DNA of 64,000 nucleotides from a bacterium (GTDB lineage Bacteria; Desulfobacterota; DSWW01), in the NCBI GenBank assembly GCA_040756235.1, contig JBFLZG010000001.1:1-64000 (forward strand), given 5' to 3'. Below the pieces are notes generated by a model. That model made no database searches. It was given only the letters and a program-made list of their open reading frames with translations, and was not told the DNA's origin. The position numbers were made by a program, and so were the translations under genes. Below, piece by piece: positions 34,669 to 43,292 of the stretch (its first letter is position 1; each line of letters starts with the position of its first letter).

Positions 34669-36402
34669 ATGTCCGAGCATTCCCGATTCTGGCGCGTCAG
34701 CCGCTCCCCGGAAGAGGCGGCGGAGCTCGCGCTGAGCCTGCGGTCCCTGCGCAAGGTGGCGGGCCACATCGGCGGCAACGTGAGGCCGGTCTTCTGGAAG
34801 GGGATGGCCGAGGGAGAGGAACGGGCGATCCTCGTGGACCCGAAGCTGGTGCAGGGGACCTACCCGGTCCCGTTCGCGCGCTTCGATCTCCTGGTCGGCT
34901 TCGTGGTGCGGGAAGCGCTCTCGTCGCGGGAGTGGTCCGAGTGGGTCATCGCACGGGTGAACCGAAGCCTTTCCGACCTGGACGAGGGCGGCAGGGCCTT
35001 TCTCGCGGCCTTTCTGCAGGCGGCGGAAGACATCTACGTGGATGCGGCGGCCGCGAGCCGGCGGGCGTGGTCCCTGTACCTGTCCGGTCTCTGGCGCTCG
35101 GAGCTGGCCCGGGAGACGAGAGACCCGGCCCTCCCGCCCGGGGCGGCGAGTCTCGCGCGCATGTGGAAGAGAAGGGTCCTGGCCGGCGGCGGAACACCGG
35201 CGGGCGGCCTGCATCCCTACTACGCGGCACCGCTGGAGCTGCTCACGCGGCGCACCCCGGACATTCGTGCCCTCGCAGACCTGCCGGCACCGGCCCGGAG
35301 GAGGGAGAGGCGGGCCGATCTCTACCTGGAGATCTGGCCGCGCCTGCACCGGCTGCTCTCGGAATGGGGGGAGGGCGCCGACTCGCCGGACGGCGTGGAC
35401 CTGTTCGATGAAGCCGCCCCGAAGAGAGGCCGGCCCGCCAGGGAGGAGCCGGCCCGCCGCGAGGAGGACAGAGAGCCGGAGGACGGCGGCGGGCCGGGCC
35501 TCGACCCGGAGAAGCTGGAGGAGATCCAGGCGCTCCTGGGGGAAGACGAGGCTGACGTGACCCGGGCCGTGCTGGTGGCCGTGCAGGACCCGGAGGCCGC
35601 CTCCATGAAGACCTATGTCCGGAACGGAGCGGCCAGGACGAGCGCCGCGCCGGAGCCGGCACAGGTCGCTCGTTTGCGCCGCGTGTTCCGCGAGCAGGAG
35701 GAGCGCGCCCGCAAGGCCAGGAGGCGGCGCATCAGGCGATCCCTGCCGGGCGGCAAGCTCGACGCGCGCCGGCTCTATCGGGCGCCGATCGACGGCAAGG
35801 TGTTCAAGGCCCTGGACATGCCCGACGTCTCCCCGGCCTGGCAGGTCTGCATCGTCGCGGATGCGTCCTCCTCCATGACCGGGAAGGGCTTGCGGCAAAA
35901 GCCCTGGCCGGTCGTGGAGAAGGCGTTCGCGTCGCTGGCGGAGGCCGCACGCGGGACTTCGAACCGCCTCGACATCCTCGCGTATCAGGAAGAGCGCGGG
36001 CGCTGCGCCGTGACCCGGCTTCACCACGGGGGCAAGCTCTACACCGTCGTTCCTTCGGGGCGGACGCCGTCCGGGCAGGCCATCCTGGCTGCCGCGGTGG
36101 CGCTGCGGAAGACGAAGCACACCCTGATCGTGCACGTCACCGACGGTGCATCCAACTGCGGCGTGCGCCTGAGCGAGGCGGTCGACTACTGCAGGAGAAA
36201 TGCGATCGAGCTCGTGACGATCGGGTGCGGCTGCAGCGCGCAGACCCGGGATTTCCTGAGGGCCTGTTTCGCGGACGAGTCTCTGTGCTTCCTCGAGAAC
36301 GTTCGCGGCCTCCCGATGTCCCTGGAGCGGGTGCTCCAGAAGAAGATCCTCGCCCCCGAACGGGAGCGTGGCCAGGGGCCCAAGTCCGAAAGAATGCTAT
36401 AG
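34669..36402 (+). CDS. assF: vWA-domain protein, BssF/AssF-like, copy 2
   Basis: ELA..LR.LRKVAGHIG.NV, GKLDARRLYRAP, DASSSM, TPSGQAI, HVTDGASN. Confidence 0.78.
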   Translation: MSEHSRFWRVSRSPEEAAELALSLRSLRKVAGHIGGNVRPVFWKGMAEGEERAILVDPKLVQGTYPVPFARFDLLVGFVVREALSSREWSEWVIARVNRSLSDLDEGGRAFLAAFLQAAEDIYVDAAAASRRAWSLYLSGLWRSELARETRDPALPPGAASLARMWKRRVLAGGGTPAGGLHPYYAAPLELLTRRTPDIRALADLPAPARRRERRADLYLEIWPRLHRLLSEWGEGADSPDGVDLFDEAAPKRGRPAREEPARREEDREPEDGGGPGLDPEKLEEIQALLGEDEADVTRAVLVAVQDPEAASMKTYVRNGAARTSAAPEPAQVARLRRVFREQEERARKARRRRIRRSLPGGKLDARRLYRAPIDGKVFKALDMPDVSPAWQVCIVADASSSMTGKGLRQKPWPVVEKAFASLAEAARGTSNRLDILAYQEERGRCAVTRLHHGGKLYTVVPSGRTPSGQAILAAAVALRKTKHTLIVHVTDGASNCGVRLSEAVDYCRRNAIELVTIGCGCSAQTRDFLRACFADESLCFLENVRGLPMSLERVLQKKILAPERERGQGPKSERML

Positions 36403-36452
36403 GAGGAGCCGGTTCGCTTCGCTTCCTCCCGGCCGCTGCTCATGCCGGGCTT

Positions 36453-36476
36453 GTAGGGGCGCTGCTTGCTGCGCCC
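36453..36476 (+). repeat. GTAG REP between convergent genes
   Basis: GTAGGGGCGCTGCTTGCTGCGCCC. Confidence 0.65.
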
Positions 36477-36527
36477 GCCGGAGATCCATGAGAACCGTAC
36501 GAACCTGCTCGAATGAGCGATCCAGAC

Positions 36528-38363
36528 TTACCCCAGCCCCAGTTGCGTCATCTTTCTGAAGAGGGTCTTGCGCGAAATGCCCAGAGCCTTTGCCGCCGTC
36601 GTCTTCTTCCCCTGGCAATGATCCAGGGCCTTCAGGATGGCGACTCTCTCTGCGTCCAGAAGCTGCTTCGATAGGCTGAATTTCTTCTGTGCGGCGTCGG
36701 TCTTCTCCGTACGCGCCTCAGCCGAGCGTTTGGACCTGGGCAGCGGAGTCGGGATGAACTCAATGTGTCCAACGGCAAGATAGCGCTGGACAGCATTTTG
36801 CAGCTCCCGCACGTTGCCGGGCCAGTCGTAGTTGAGCAGCGCCTCCAACACATGGCCTGGAACGGGGGGAACTTTTCCGTCCTTGGAGTAAATCTTCAAA
36901 AAATGCTCCAACAGAAGCGGGATATCTTCCCTGCGGTTCTTCAACGGCGGGAGGTTGATGGGGATGACGTGAATCCGGTAGAAAAAATCGTGCCGCAGTA
37001 GCCCCTTCTTCATTTGTTCGGAAAGGTCCTTGTTGGTCGCTGCAATGACTCGAAAATCAGAGAGCTTGGTCGCATTGCTGCCCACCGGGGAATACCCTCC
37101 GCCATCGATAGCCCGCAGCAACTTGGCCTGAAGGCCCAAGCTCAGCTCGCCCACCTCGTCCAAGAACAAGGTGCCCCCGTCTGCCAGGTCCAAATAGCCC
37201 TTCTTGTCAGCGTGTGCCCCGGTAAAGGACCCCTTCTTGTGTCCGAAAAACTCGCTTTCCAGAAGGTTCTCGGGAATAGCGGCGCAGTTGACCGGCACAA
37301 AGGCCTTTGTGGACCGGCTGCCCATTTCGTGGATGGCCCTGGCGACCAGCTCTTTGCCCGTTCCGGACTCGCCGTAGATGACGACATTCGCACTCGTGGC
37401 GGCTGCATTCAAGATCGCCTCATAGACCTCCTGCATGGCCGCGCTCTTGCCGATGATCTTGCCGAGGCGATATCGATCCTTGATGGAAGATCGCAGAGTG
37501 ACGTTTTCCCTCCTCAGGTGCGCCGCCTCTTCGTTCATCAACATCTCGCGCCGCTTGCAGTCCGTGATATCCCTCGTGGTCAGAAAAACGGCAGGATGTT
37601 TTTTCCACCGAAGGAGGGAAGCCTGTCCCTCGATCCAGATCTCTCGACCGCTCCTTGTCACACAAGGACTCTCGAAAGATCGCTCTTTGTAAATCCCCTT
37701 CACGAGGCCCTCAAACATCTGCCGGAAACAGATCTCGATGCGTTTCGAAAGGGACTCCCCTATCTCCTTCTCGATCAGCTCGCTTGGCTCTCTGAATTCG
37801 AACATGGACATGAAGGCCGGATTCGCGAACAGGACCTTAGAGTCACCATAGAGGACGACTCCTTCGGTCATGCGCCCGGCAAGCATGCGATAGAAGCCCT
37901 CGCTTTCAGCCAAGGCGGTCTCTTTTTCTTTGAGCTCGCTCAAGTCGATTCCTATTCCGATGACATAGGATGTGTCGTCAATCGTTGCTTTCACGCCCGT
38001 AAAAATGTAAGGGGTCCGGGTCCCGTCCTTGGCCAGCAATTCAGCCTCTACAATGGATTCCCCTTCCGCAAGGGTTTCCTGTATCCCCTGCAGGACGCTC
38101 TTGATGCCTTCTTCATCAAACAGGTCGGGGCCGTGCATGCGACCGATTTCTTCTCCGCAATATCCGGTCACTCTCTCCAGGTTTTCGTTCCAGCTCAGAA
38201 ACCGCAAGTCGTGATCAATCAGGTAGAAGACCCCCGGAAAGCTTCTGATGAGCTTCTCAAAGAACCTGCCGTTCCCGGAGTCCATGTCGGACTTGTGAAG
38301 ATCCGAAAACTTTTTCCTCCAGGAAGGAGCTGCCTCTTCCTTGAGTTTGGTAGGCGTCGTCAT
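36528..38363 (-). CDS. sigma54-dependent transcriptional activator (PAS-PAS-AAA+-HTH), copy 2
   Basis: GESGTGKE, KKGSFTGA, WPGNVREL, HTH; paralog of 21770; divergent from operon 2. Confidence 0.93.
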   Translation of the reverse strand: MTTPTKLKEEAAPSWRKKFSDLHKSDMDSGNGRFFEKLIRSFPGVFYLIDHDLRFLSWNENLERVTGYCGEEIGRMHGPDLFDEEGIKSVLQGIQETLAEGESIVEAELLAKDGTRTPYIFTGVKATIDDTSYVIGIGIDLSELKEKETALAESEGFYRMLAGRMTEGVVLYGDSKVLFANPAFMSMFEFREPSELIEKEIGESLSKRIEICFRQMFEGLVKGIYKERSFESPCVTRSGREIWIEGQASLLRWKKHPAVFLTTRDITDCKRREMLMNEEAAHLRRENVTLRSSIKDRYRLGKIIGKSAAMQEVYEAILNAAATSANVVIYGESGTGKELVARAIHEMGSRSTKAFVPVNCAAIPENLLESEFFGHKKGSFTGAHADKKGYLDLADGGTLFLDEVGELSLGLQAKLLRAIDGGGYSPVGSNATKLSDFRVIAATNKDLSEQMKKGLLRHDFFYRIHVIPINLPPLKNRREDIPLLLEHFLKIYSKDGKVPPVPGHVLEALLNYDWPGNVRELQNAVQRYLAVGHIEFIPTPLPRSKRSAEARTEKTDAAQKKFSLSKQLLDAERVAILKALDHCQGKKTTAAKALGISRKTLFRKMTQLGLG

Positions 38364-38501
38364 TCGGGATCCCTCCGCGAAGCCTTTACCAAGGAGTTTC
38401 TTCGAGAATAGGTGAAGATGTCAAACTCATAACAGGCCATGAGTTCCCTGAAAGAAAAGGTCATGGCTGGCCGCCCTCACCCGGCTCTCCCCCCCGCGGT
38501 C

Positions 38502-38621
38502 TGTCCCAAAAATGACCCGCGCGCCCGCCGTAGCATTCCTGACACTTGCATAAATAATTGACATTTGAATTCAATAGCTTATGTAAGGCCCGCGGTATCT
38601 GGCCGTGACATGGCTGCCCCG
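38502..38621. promoter_or_regulatory. Three putative upstream activator sites (38502-38519, 38529-38546, 38604-38621)
   Basis: TGTCCCAAAAATGACCCG, CGTAGCATTCCTGACACT, CGTGACATGGCTGCCCCG; first-to-third spacing 102 nt, as in operon 1. Confidence 0.6.
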
Positions 38622-38707
38622 CGCCAGATCTCATCCGGTCGAGAAGTATCTCCCTTCAGCTCTGCTTTTTTCGAGTGAATCCAACGAGTTGATACTACTG
38701 TCCTGCT

Positions 38708-38722
38708 TGGCACTGTTCTTGC
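38708..38722 (+). promoter_or_regulatory. sigma54 (-24/-12) promoter of ass operon 2
   Basis: TGGCAC-TGTTC-TTGC, exact consensus. Confidence 0.85.
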
Positions 38723-38848
38723 CCGCCCCACCCAGCGACAGACGTGCAAACCCTGCACCTGATTTCAGAAGCTTGGCAAGTGGAATCAGCCAGGTGGCCG
38801 GGGAAGTCTGAAAGGATCGCGAACAGTCCACGGCAGCGGAGGCAACGT

Positions 38849-39262
38849 ATGAACGGGGATCGAAAGATTCGTGTCCTGGTGGCAAAGCCAGGGCTCGACG
38901 GTCACGAGCGAGGTGCGCGGGTTGTCGCCTACGGATTGAGGGACGCGGGTTTTGAGGTGATCTACACCGGATTGCGGCAGAGCCCGGCTCAAGTTGCCAG
39001 GGCCGCTGTCCAGGAAGACGTGCAGGTGGTGGGCCTTTCCATCCTTTCCGGAGCGCATCTCTCCTTGACCCGGAAGGTGCTGGAAGGACTGAAGGAGCAA
39101 GGAGCCGAGGACATTCTGGTGATCGTGGGGGGAATCATCCCTGAGCACGACATCCCTGAGCTGAAGAAGATGGGGGTCGGCGAGGTCTTCACGGCAGGGA
39201 CCCCGATTGCGCGGATTGCAGAGTTCATTCAATCGACGGTGCCAATCGCCAGGGGAGTCTGA
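38849..39262 (+). CDS. Acyl-CoA mutase small (cobalamin-binding) subunit, copy 2
   Basis: [20 protein letters not shown]. Confidence 0.93.
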   Translation: MNGDRKIRVLVAKPGLDGHERGARVVAYGLRDAGFEVIYTGLRQSPAQVARAAVQEDVQVVGLSILSGAHLSLTRKVLEGLKEQGAEDILVIVGGIIPEHDIPELKKMGVGEVFTAGTPIARIAEFIQSTVPIARGV

Positions 39263-39317
39263 AGCAATTCCACTCGTCCGTACCTGCAGACGCGAACTCC
39301 TCGGCAAAGGAAGAAGG

Positions 39318-41072
39318 ATGGGCAAGAGCAAGAGGAAGGAAGAGAAGATCCGGCAGGCGGAAGAGGAATGGCGCGAGAAGGTGCTCGAGCCACGGCTGGA
39401 AAAATTTTGTCTACAGGAAAGTCCCACACGATTCTACAGCCCTCTGGCAGCGGAGGGGTTTGATTTTCTGGCAAAGGTCGGTTTTCCGGGCCAATACCCA
39501 TTTACGGCCGGGAACAGTCCCTTTGAGTTCTGGAGGGCCCATATTCATGAGGCCGCCAAGAAAGGCTACCGGCCCGACTGGGGCGGCGGCAGTGCCGGCA
39601 AGTATGGAGGCTTCGGCACCGCCGTGGACTACCGGGACTACTTGTTCAGAATGCACTCTTTGGGCCGCAGGGGCGGGCCCAACATGGCTTTTGATCTGGT
39701 TACCCAGTGCGGGTACGACTCGGACAGTCCACAGGCGGAAGGTGAGGTCGGCCGGGTGGGCGTGGCGATCGACTCGTTCCGGGATTTCCAAGTGATCTAC
39801 GAGGCCTACACCGGGGATCTCGATATCGATCAAGTGGCCTCCAATTTTACCATCAACGCCCCGGCTGCGGTGATCATCGCCATGTATGCCGCCTTGGCCG
39901 AGAAGCGGGGCATCCCTCTTTCCAAGCTTCGCGGCACGCCCCAGAACGACATCCTCAAGGAATTCGTCGCTCGCGGCACCTACATATACCCTCCCAGGCC
40001 ATCGATGCGGCTTTTCCGCGACACTCTGGTGTTCTGCATCGAGCACCTGCCGAAGCTCAACATCATCAGCATGGGCGGCTATCACATGCGGGAGGCCGGA
40101 GCTACGCGCATCCAGGACCTGGCGTTTTCCATGGCCAACGCTGCGGCCTATTTGCAGGCAGGCGTGGATGCCGGGCTCCCAGTGGACGCTTATGCGCCGA
40201 TGTTCACCTTCAACGCCTTCGGCGGCAGCATGGAGATCTACCATGAGATCGCTTTCCAGCGGGCTGCCAGAAGGATGTACGCGCGCATGCTCAGGGAGCG
40301 GTTCGGGGCGGAGAATCCGCGCAGCATGATGATTCGCCAGCTCTCCTCGGCACACATCGGCTGTTCTTCCACCACGCTGCAGCGCCCTTTGAACAACCTG
40401 ACGCGGGCCGTAGTAGGAGGCATCGCCGCCGGCATGTCGGGCGGCATGCCCGTGACGTATCCGCCTTTTGACGAACCGCTCGGCCTGGGGCACAGCCTCG
40501 AAGCCGTGCAGCTCCAGCTCGACGCGACGCGCATCCTGATCCACGAGGCCAAGGTGGTGGATGTGAACGACCCCTGGGCAGGCTCGTATTTCATGGAGTC
40601 CTTGACCGACCAAACCGAGCAAGGGGCATTGGCGGAGCTTGCCAAGATCGAAGAGATGGGGGGGGCGGTGGCGGCCATCGAGAGTGGATACCTGCAAAAG
40701 GCCGTCGCAAGAAGCGCCTACGAAAAACAGAGGAGGGTTGAGAACCAGGAAGAGCTCCTGGTGGGGGTGAACTGCTTCAGCGGAGAGAACGAAATCGAGG
40801 TCGGGGTCAATCGCCTGGTCGAGGACCCCTACGACCCTGAGCTGATGCGGACAGCGGAAGAACGACAAAAGGCAAATCTTGCCCGGCTGAAGCGAGAGCG
40901 GGACGGCAAGGCCGTCTCTTGCGCGCTGGCCGGGCTCAAGCAGCACGCCAAAGATGAAAGCGCCAATCTGATGCCGGACATCTTCGAGTGCGTCAAGCGC
41001 GAGGCGACCCTGCAAGAGGTTTGCGATGTGTTGCGGGATGTCTTTGGCGAGGCGCAGGCCGTGACCATTTGA
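39318..41072 (+). CDS. Acyl-CoA mutase large subunit, copy 2
   Basis: Close paralog of 1975..3741 (LRGTPQNDILKEFVARGTY, GYHMREAGA). Confidence 0.9.
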   Translation: MGKSKRKEEKIRQAEEEWREKVLEPRLEKFCLQESPTRFYSPLAAEGFDFLAKVGFPGQYPFTAGNSPFEFWRAHIHEAAKKGYRPDWGGGSAGKYGGFGTAVDYRDYLFRMHSLGRRGGPNMAFDLVTQCGYDSDSPQAEGEVGRVGVAIDSFRDFQVIYEAYTGDLDIDQVASNFTINAPAAVIIAMYAALAEKRGIPLSKLRGTPQNDILKEFVARGTYIYPPRPSMRLFRDTLVFCIEHLPKLNIISMGGYHMREAGATRIQDLAFSMANAAAYLQAGVDAGLPVDAYAPMFTFNAFGGSMEIYHEIAFQRAARRMYARMLRERFGAENPRSMMIRQLSSAHIGCSSTTLQRPLNNLTRAVVGGIAAGMSGGMPVTYPPFDEPLGLGHSLEAVQLQLDATRILIHEAKVVDVNDPWAGSYFMESLTDQTEQGALAELAKIEEMGGAVAAIESGYLQKAVARSAYEKQRRVENQEELLVGVNCFSGENEIEVGVNRLVEDPYDPELMRTAEERQKANLARLKRERDGKAVSCALAGLKQHAKDESANLMPDIFECVKREATLQEVCDVLRDVFGEAQAVTI

Positions 41073-41148
41073 TGGCTCGCGCCAGCACGAACGTCATGGG
41101 CAGGGCTCTGGCAGACACAGGACACGAGAGTCATAGCGGAGCGAGCGG

Positions 41149-42489
41149 ATGGGAGCGGACTCAGGCGGATTGACCCGGAAGCTGGCGGCCTTCATCGCCG
41201 CAACCGAAGCTTCGATGATCCCCAGGGAAGCGTACGAACACGCGAAGGTGGCCTTCCTGGATTGGATCGGCATCACCATGGCGGCCAAAGACGACCCGCT
41301 GGTGAGGAAGTTGCTCGATTATGCGGACGCGATGGGAGGGCGGGAGCAAGCCACCATCCTGGGGCACAAGGTGAAGAAAAGCGCTAGTCAGGCCGCCTTG
41401 ATCAACGGGGCCGCCTCCCACGTTCTGGACTACGACGACAGTCTCGAGTCTTTTCTCGGGCATCCGTCCGTCACCTTGTTTCCTTCCCTACTGGCTCTTG
41501 CCGAGTGGCAGGAGAAATGTGGCCGGGACTTCCTTTGCGCCTATCTCATCGGGCTTCAGGTGGGAGCAACCATCGGTGCCTGTGCCGGCATGGACCATTA
41601 CATGGCCGGATGGCACGGCACCTCCACGATCGGGCACATGGCCTCGGCGGCAGGGTGCGCCTCGCTGCTGCGCCTCGACGAGAACCGGTGCGCCCATGCC
41701 CTGGGAATCGCAGGCACTCAGTCGTCGGGTCTCAAGCGGGTCTTCGGGACCATGTGCAAGCCCTTTCATGCGGGCCGATCCTCTGAGGCCGGGCTGTTGT
41801 CCGCGCTGCTGGCCGAGAGGGGGTTCACCAGCGCCGAAGACATCCTGGAGGGGCCGCACGGCTTCTTTCACTGTTTCAAGGGAAAGGCGAACGAGAAGGC
41901 TCTGGCCGGGCTCGGCCGCGTATGGGCCGTGGAGAATCTCTCTCAGAAGTACCACGCCTCGTGTCATGCAACCCACTCGCCGCTGGAAGCCGCGCTCGAG
42001 ATCGTCCAGGCGCAGGGGCTCGGACTCGACGGGATTCGCTCAATCCGCGTTTACGTGTCCCAGTTGTCGCTCGATGCAGCAGGAAAGACAGAGCTTGCGA
42101 CCGGCCTGGAAGGCAAGTTCAGTATCTCGTACTGCGTGGCCAACGCGCTCCTGCGCGGAGAGACCGGGACGCAGTCCTTTACGGACGAGAAGGTCCGCGA
42201 TCCGAGGGTGAGAGAGTTGATGCACCAGATTCGAGTGACGCTCAACCCGGAGTTCAAGGCGGTCGAGGCCCGTGTAGAAGTGGAGACGAAGACCGGCGAG
42301 GTCTTCAGCGGCTTCTCCAACGTCCTCCAGCAGACGCCTCCCCTCAACCTGAAGAGAGAGCGCGTGGCGAGCAAGTACCTCGACCTGTGCGGCCAGGCGG
42401 TCGGGAAGGAGCGTGCCCAAAAGATCGACGAGGAGATCCTCGAGTTGGAGTCCCTCGGGAACATGAAGCCGTTCGCAGAAGGCCTGTGA
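41149..42489 (+). CDS. MmgE/PrpD-family protein, copy 2
   Basis: Close paralog of 4009..5355. Confidence 0.9.
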   Translation: MGADSGGLTRKLAAFIAATEASMIPREAYEHAKVAFLDWIGITMAAKDDPLVRKLLDYADAMGGREQATILGHKVKKSASQAALINGAASHVLDYDDSLESFLGHPSVTLFPSLLALAEWQEKCGRDFLCAYLIGLQVGATIGACAGMDHYMAGWHGTSTIGHMASAAGCASLLRLDENRCAHALGIAGTQSSGLKRVFGTMCKPFHAGRSSEAGLLSALLAERGFTSAEDILEGPHGFFHCFKGKANEKALAGLGRVWAVENLSQKYHASCHATHSPLEAALEIVQAQGLGLDGIRSIRVYVSQLSLDAAGKTELATGLEGKFSISYCVANALLRGETGTQSFTDEKVRDPRVRELMHQIRVTLNPEFKAVEARVEVETKTGEVFSGFSNVLQQTPPLNLKRERVASKYLDLCGQAVGKERAQKIDEEILELESLGNMKPFAEGL

Positions 42490-42491
42490 GG

Positions 42492-42677
42492 ATGGCTTTG
42501 AGCGGCAACGAGAAAGTGCTGATCACCGACATCCAGAGATTCTCCGTAAACGACGGGCCCGGGTTCCGGACCAACGTCTACCTGAAAGGATGCATGCTGC
42601 GCTGCCAGTGGTGCCACAACCCGGAAACGATCGCCCCGCACCCGGATTTTCTCCCACCATTCCGTTCATTCCGCTGA
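42492..42677 (+). pseudogene. assD: Truncated activase (assD remnant, 61 aa)
   Basis: [52 protein letters not shown] then [13 protein letters not shown]. assB follows 15 nt later, so the rest of the gene is deleted. Confidence 0.88.
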
Positions 42678-42692
42678 AAGGAGACGAACGCC

Positions 42693-43061
42693 ATGTCACG
42701 AAGAGACCAATGGAAACAAGCGGCCGACAAGATGATCGGAGAAGTTACCAAGGCCAAAACCTTTGAAGAGCAAGAAAGGGTTCCTGACAGGCCCTGTGGC
42801 GTGTGCCAAGGTTTCTCCGAGAGCGCCTACACTTCGGGCGGAGGGGGAACGTGCAAGTTTTTGAAGATGGGCTCCGATATCAGCGTGGACCCGCCCGTGT
42901 ACGTGAACGAAGGCGAAGCAGGATTGATCGTCTTCTTCAATACAGATGGGTCGAAATGCAGACATTTTTCCAGGATGGAGATGATCGACAGGGACGGCAC
43001 CGAGTGTGCGGATCCGGTCTTTCGCCGCATGCAGAGGCAGATGGAAAAGGTGGGGAAATAA
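42693..43061 (+). CDS. assB: AssB/MasB-like subunit, copy 2
   Basis: MSRRDQWKQ...CGVC...ECADPVFRR; paralog of 6385. Confidence 0.78.
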   Translation: MSRRDQWKQAADKMIGEVTKAKTFEEQERVPDRPCGVCQGFSESAYTSGGGGTCKFLKMGSDISVDPPVYVNEGEAGLIVFFNTDGSKCRHFSRMEMIDRDGTECADPVFRRMQRQMEKVGK

Positions 43062-43083
43062 TTCGTAAAAGGAGGTAAGGCAG

Positions 43084-43248
43084 ATGGCAACGTGCAATCA
43101 GTGCAAATGTTTCTTCGTCTCGGAGGAAGACGCGAAAAAGGGGGACTGTGTTCAACGGGTGGTGGATCCGCGCCAGGCGTACTACAAAGCCAAACCGGTC
43201 GAGGCAGATAAAGACGCTTCGAAGTGCCCCTCGTTTCAGAAGAGATAA
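43084..43248 (+). CDS. assC: AssC-like subunit, copy 2 (54 aa; not in the ORF track)
   Basis: MATCNQCKCFFVSEEDAKKGDCVQRVVDPRQAYYKAKPVEADKDASKCPSFQKR; AAGGAGG RBS. Confidence 0.85.
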   Translation: MATCNQCKCFFVSEEDAKKGDCVQRVVDPRQAYYKAKPVEADKDASKCPSFQKR

Positions 43249-43292
43249 GGGGCTAGGCGAAACCATTTGATGAGATCATAGGAGGGCCGAGT

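Noticed and set aside
42492..43061. Programmed frameshift or read-through rescuing the second assD
   Set aside because: The missing coding sequence is absent in all frames, and assB begins 15 nt after the stop.
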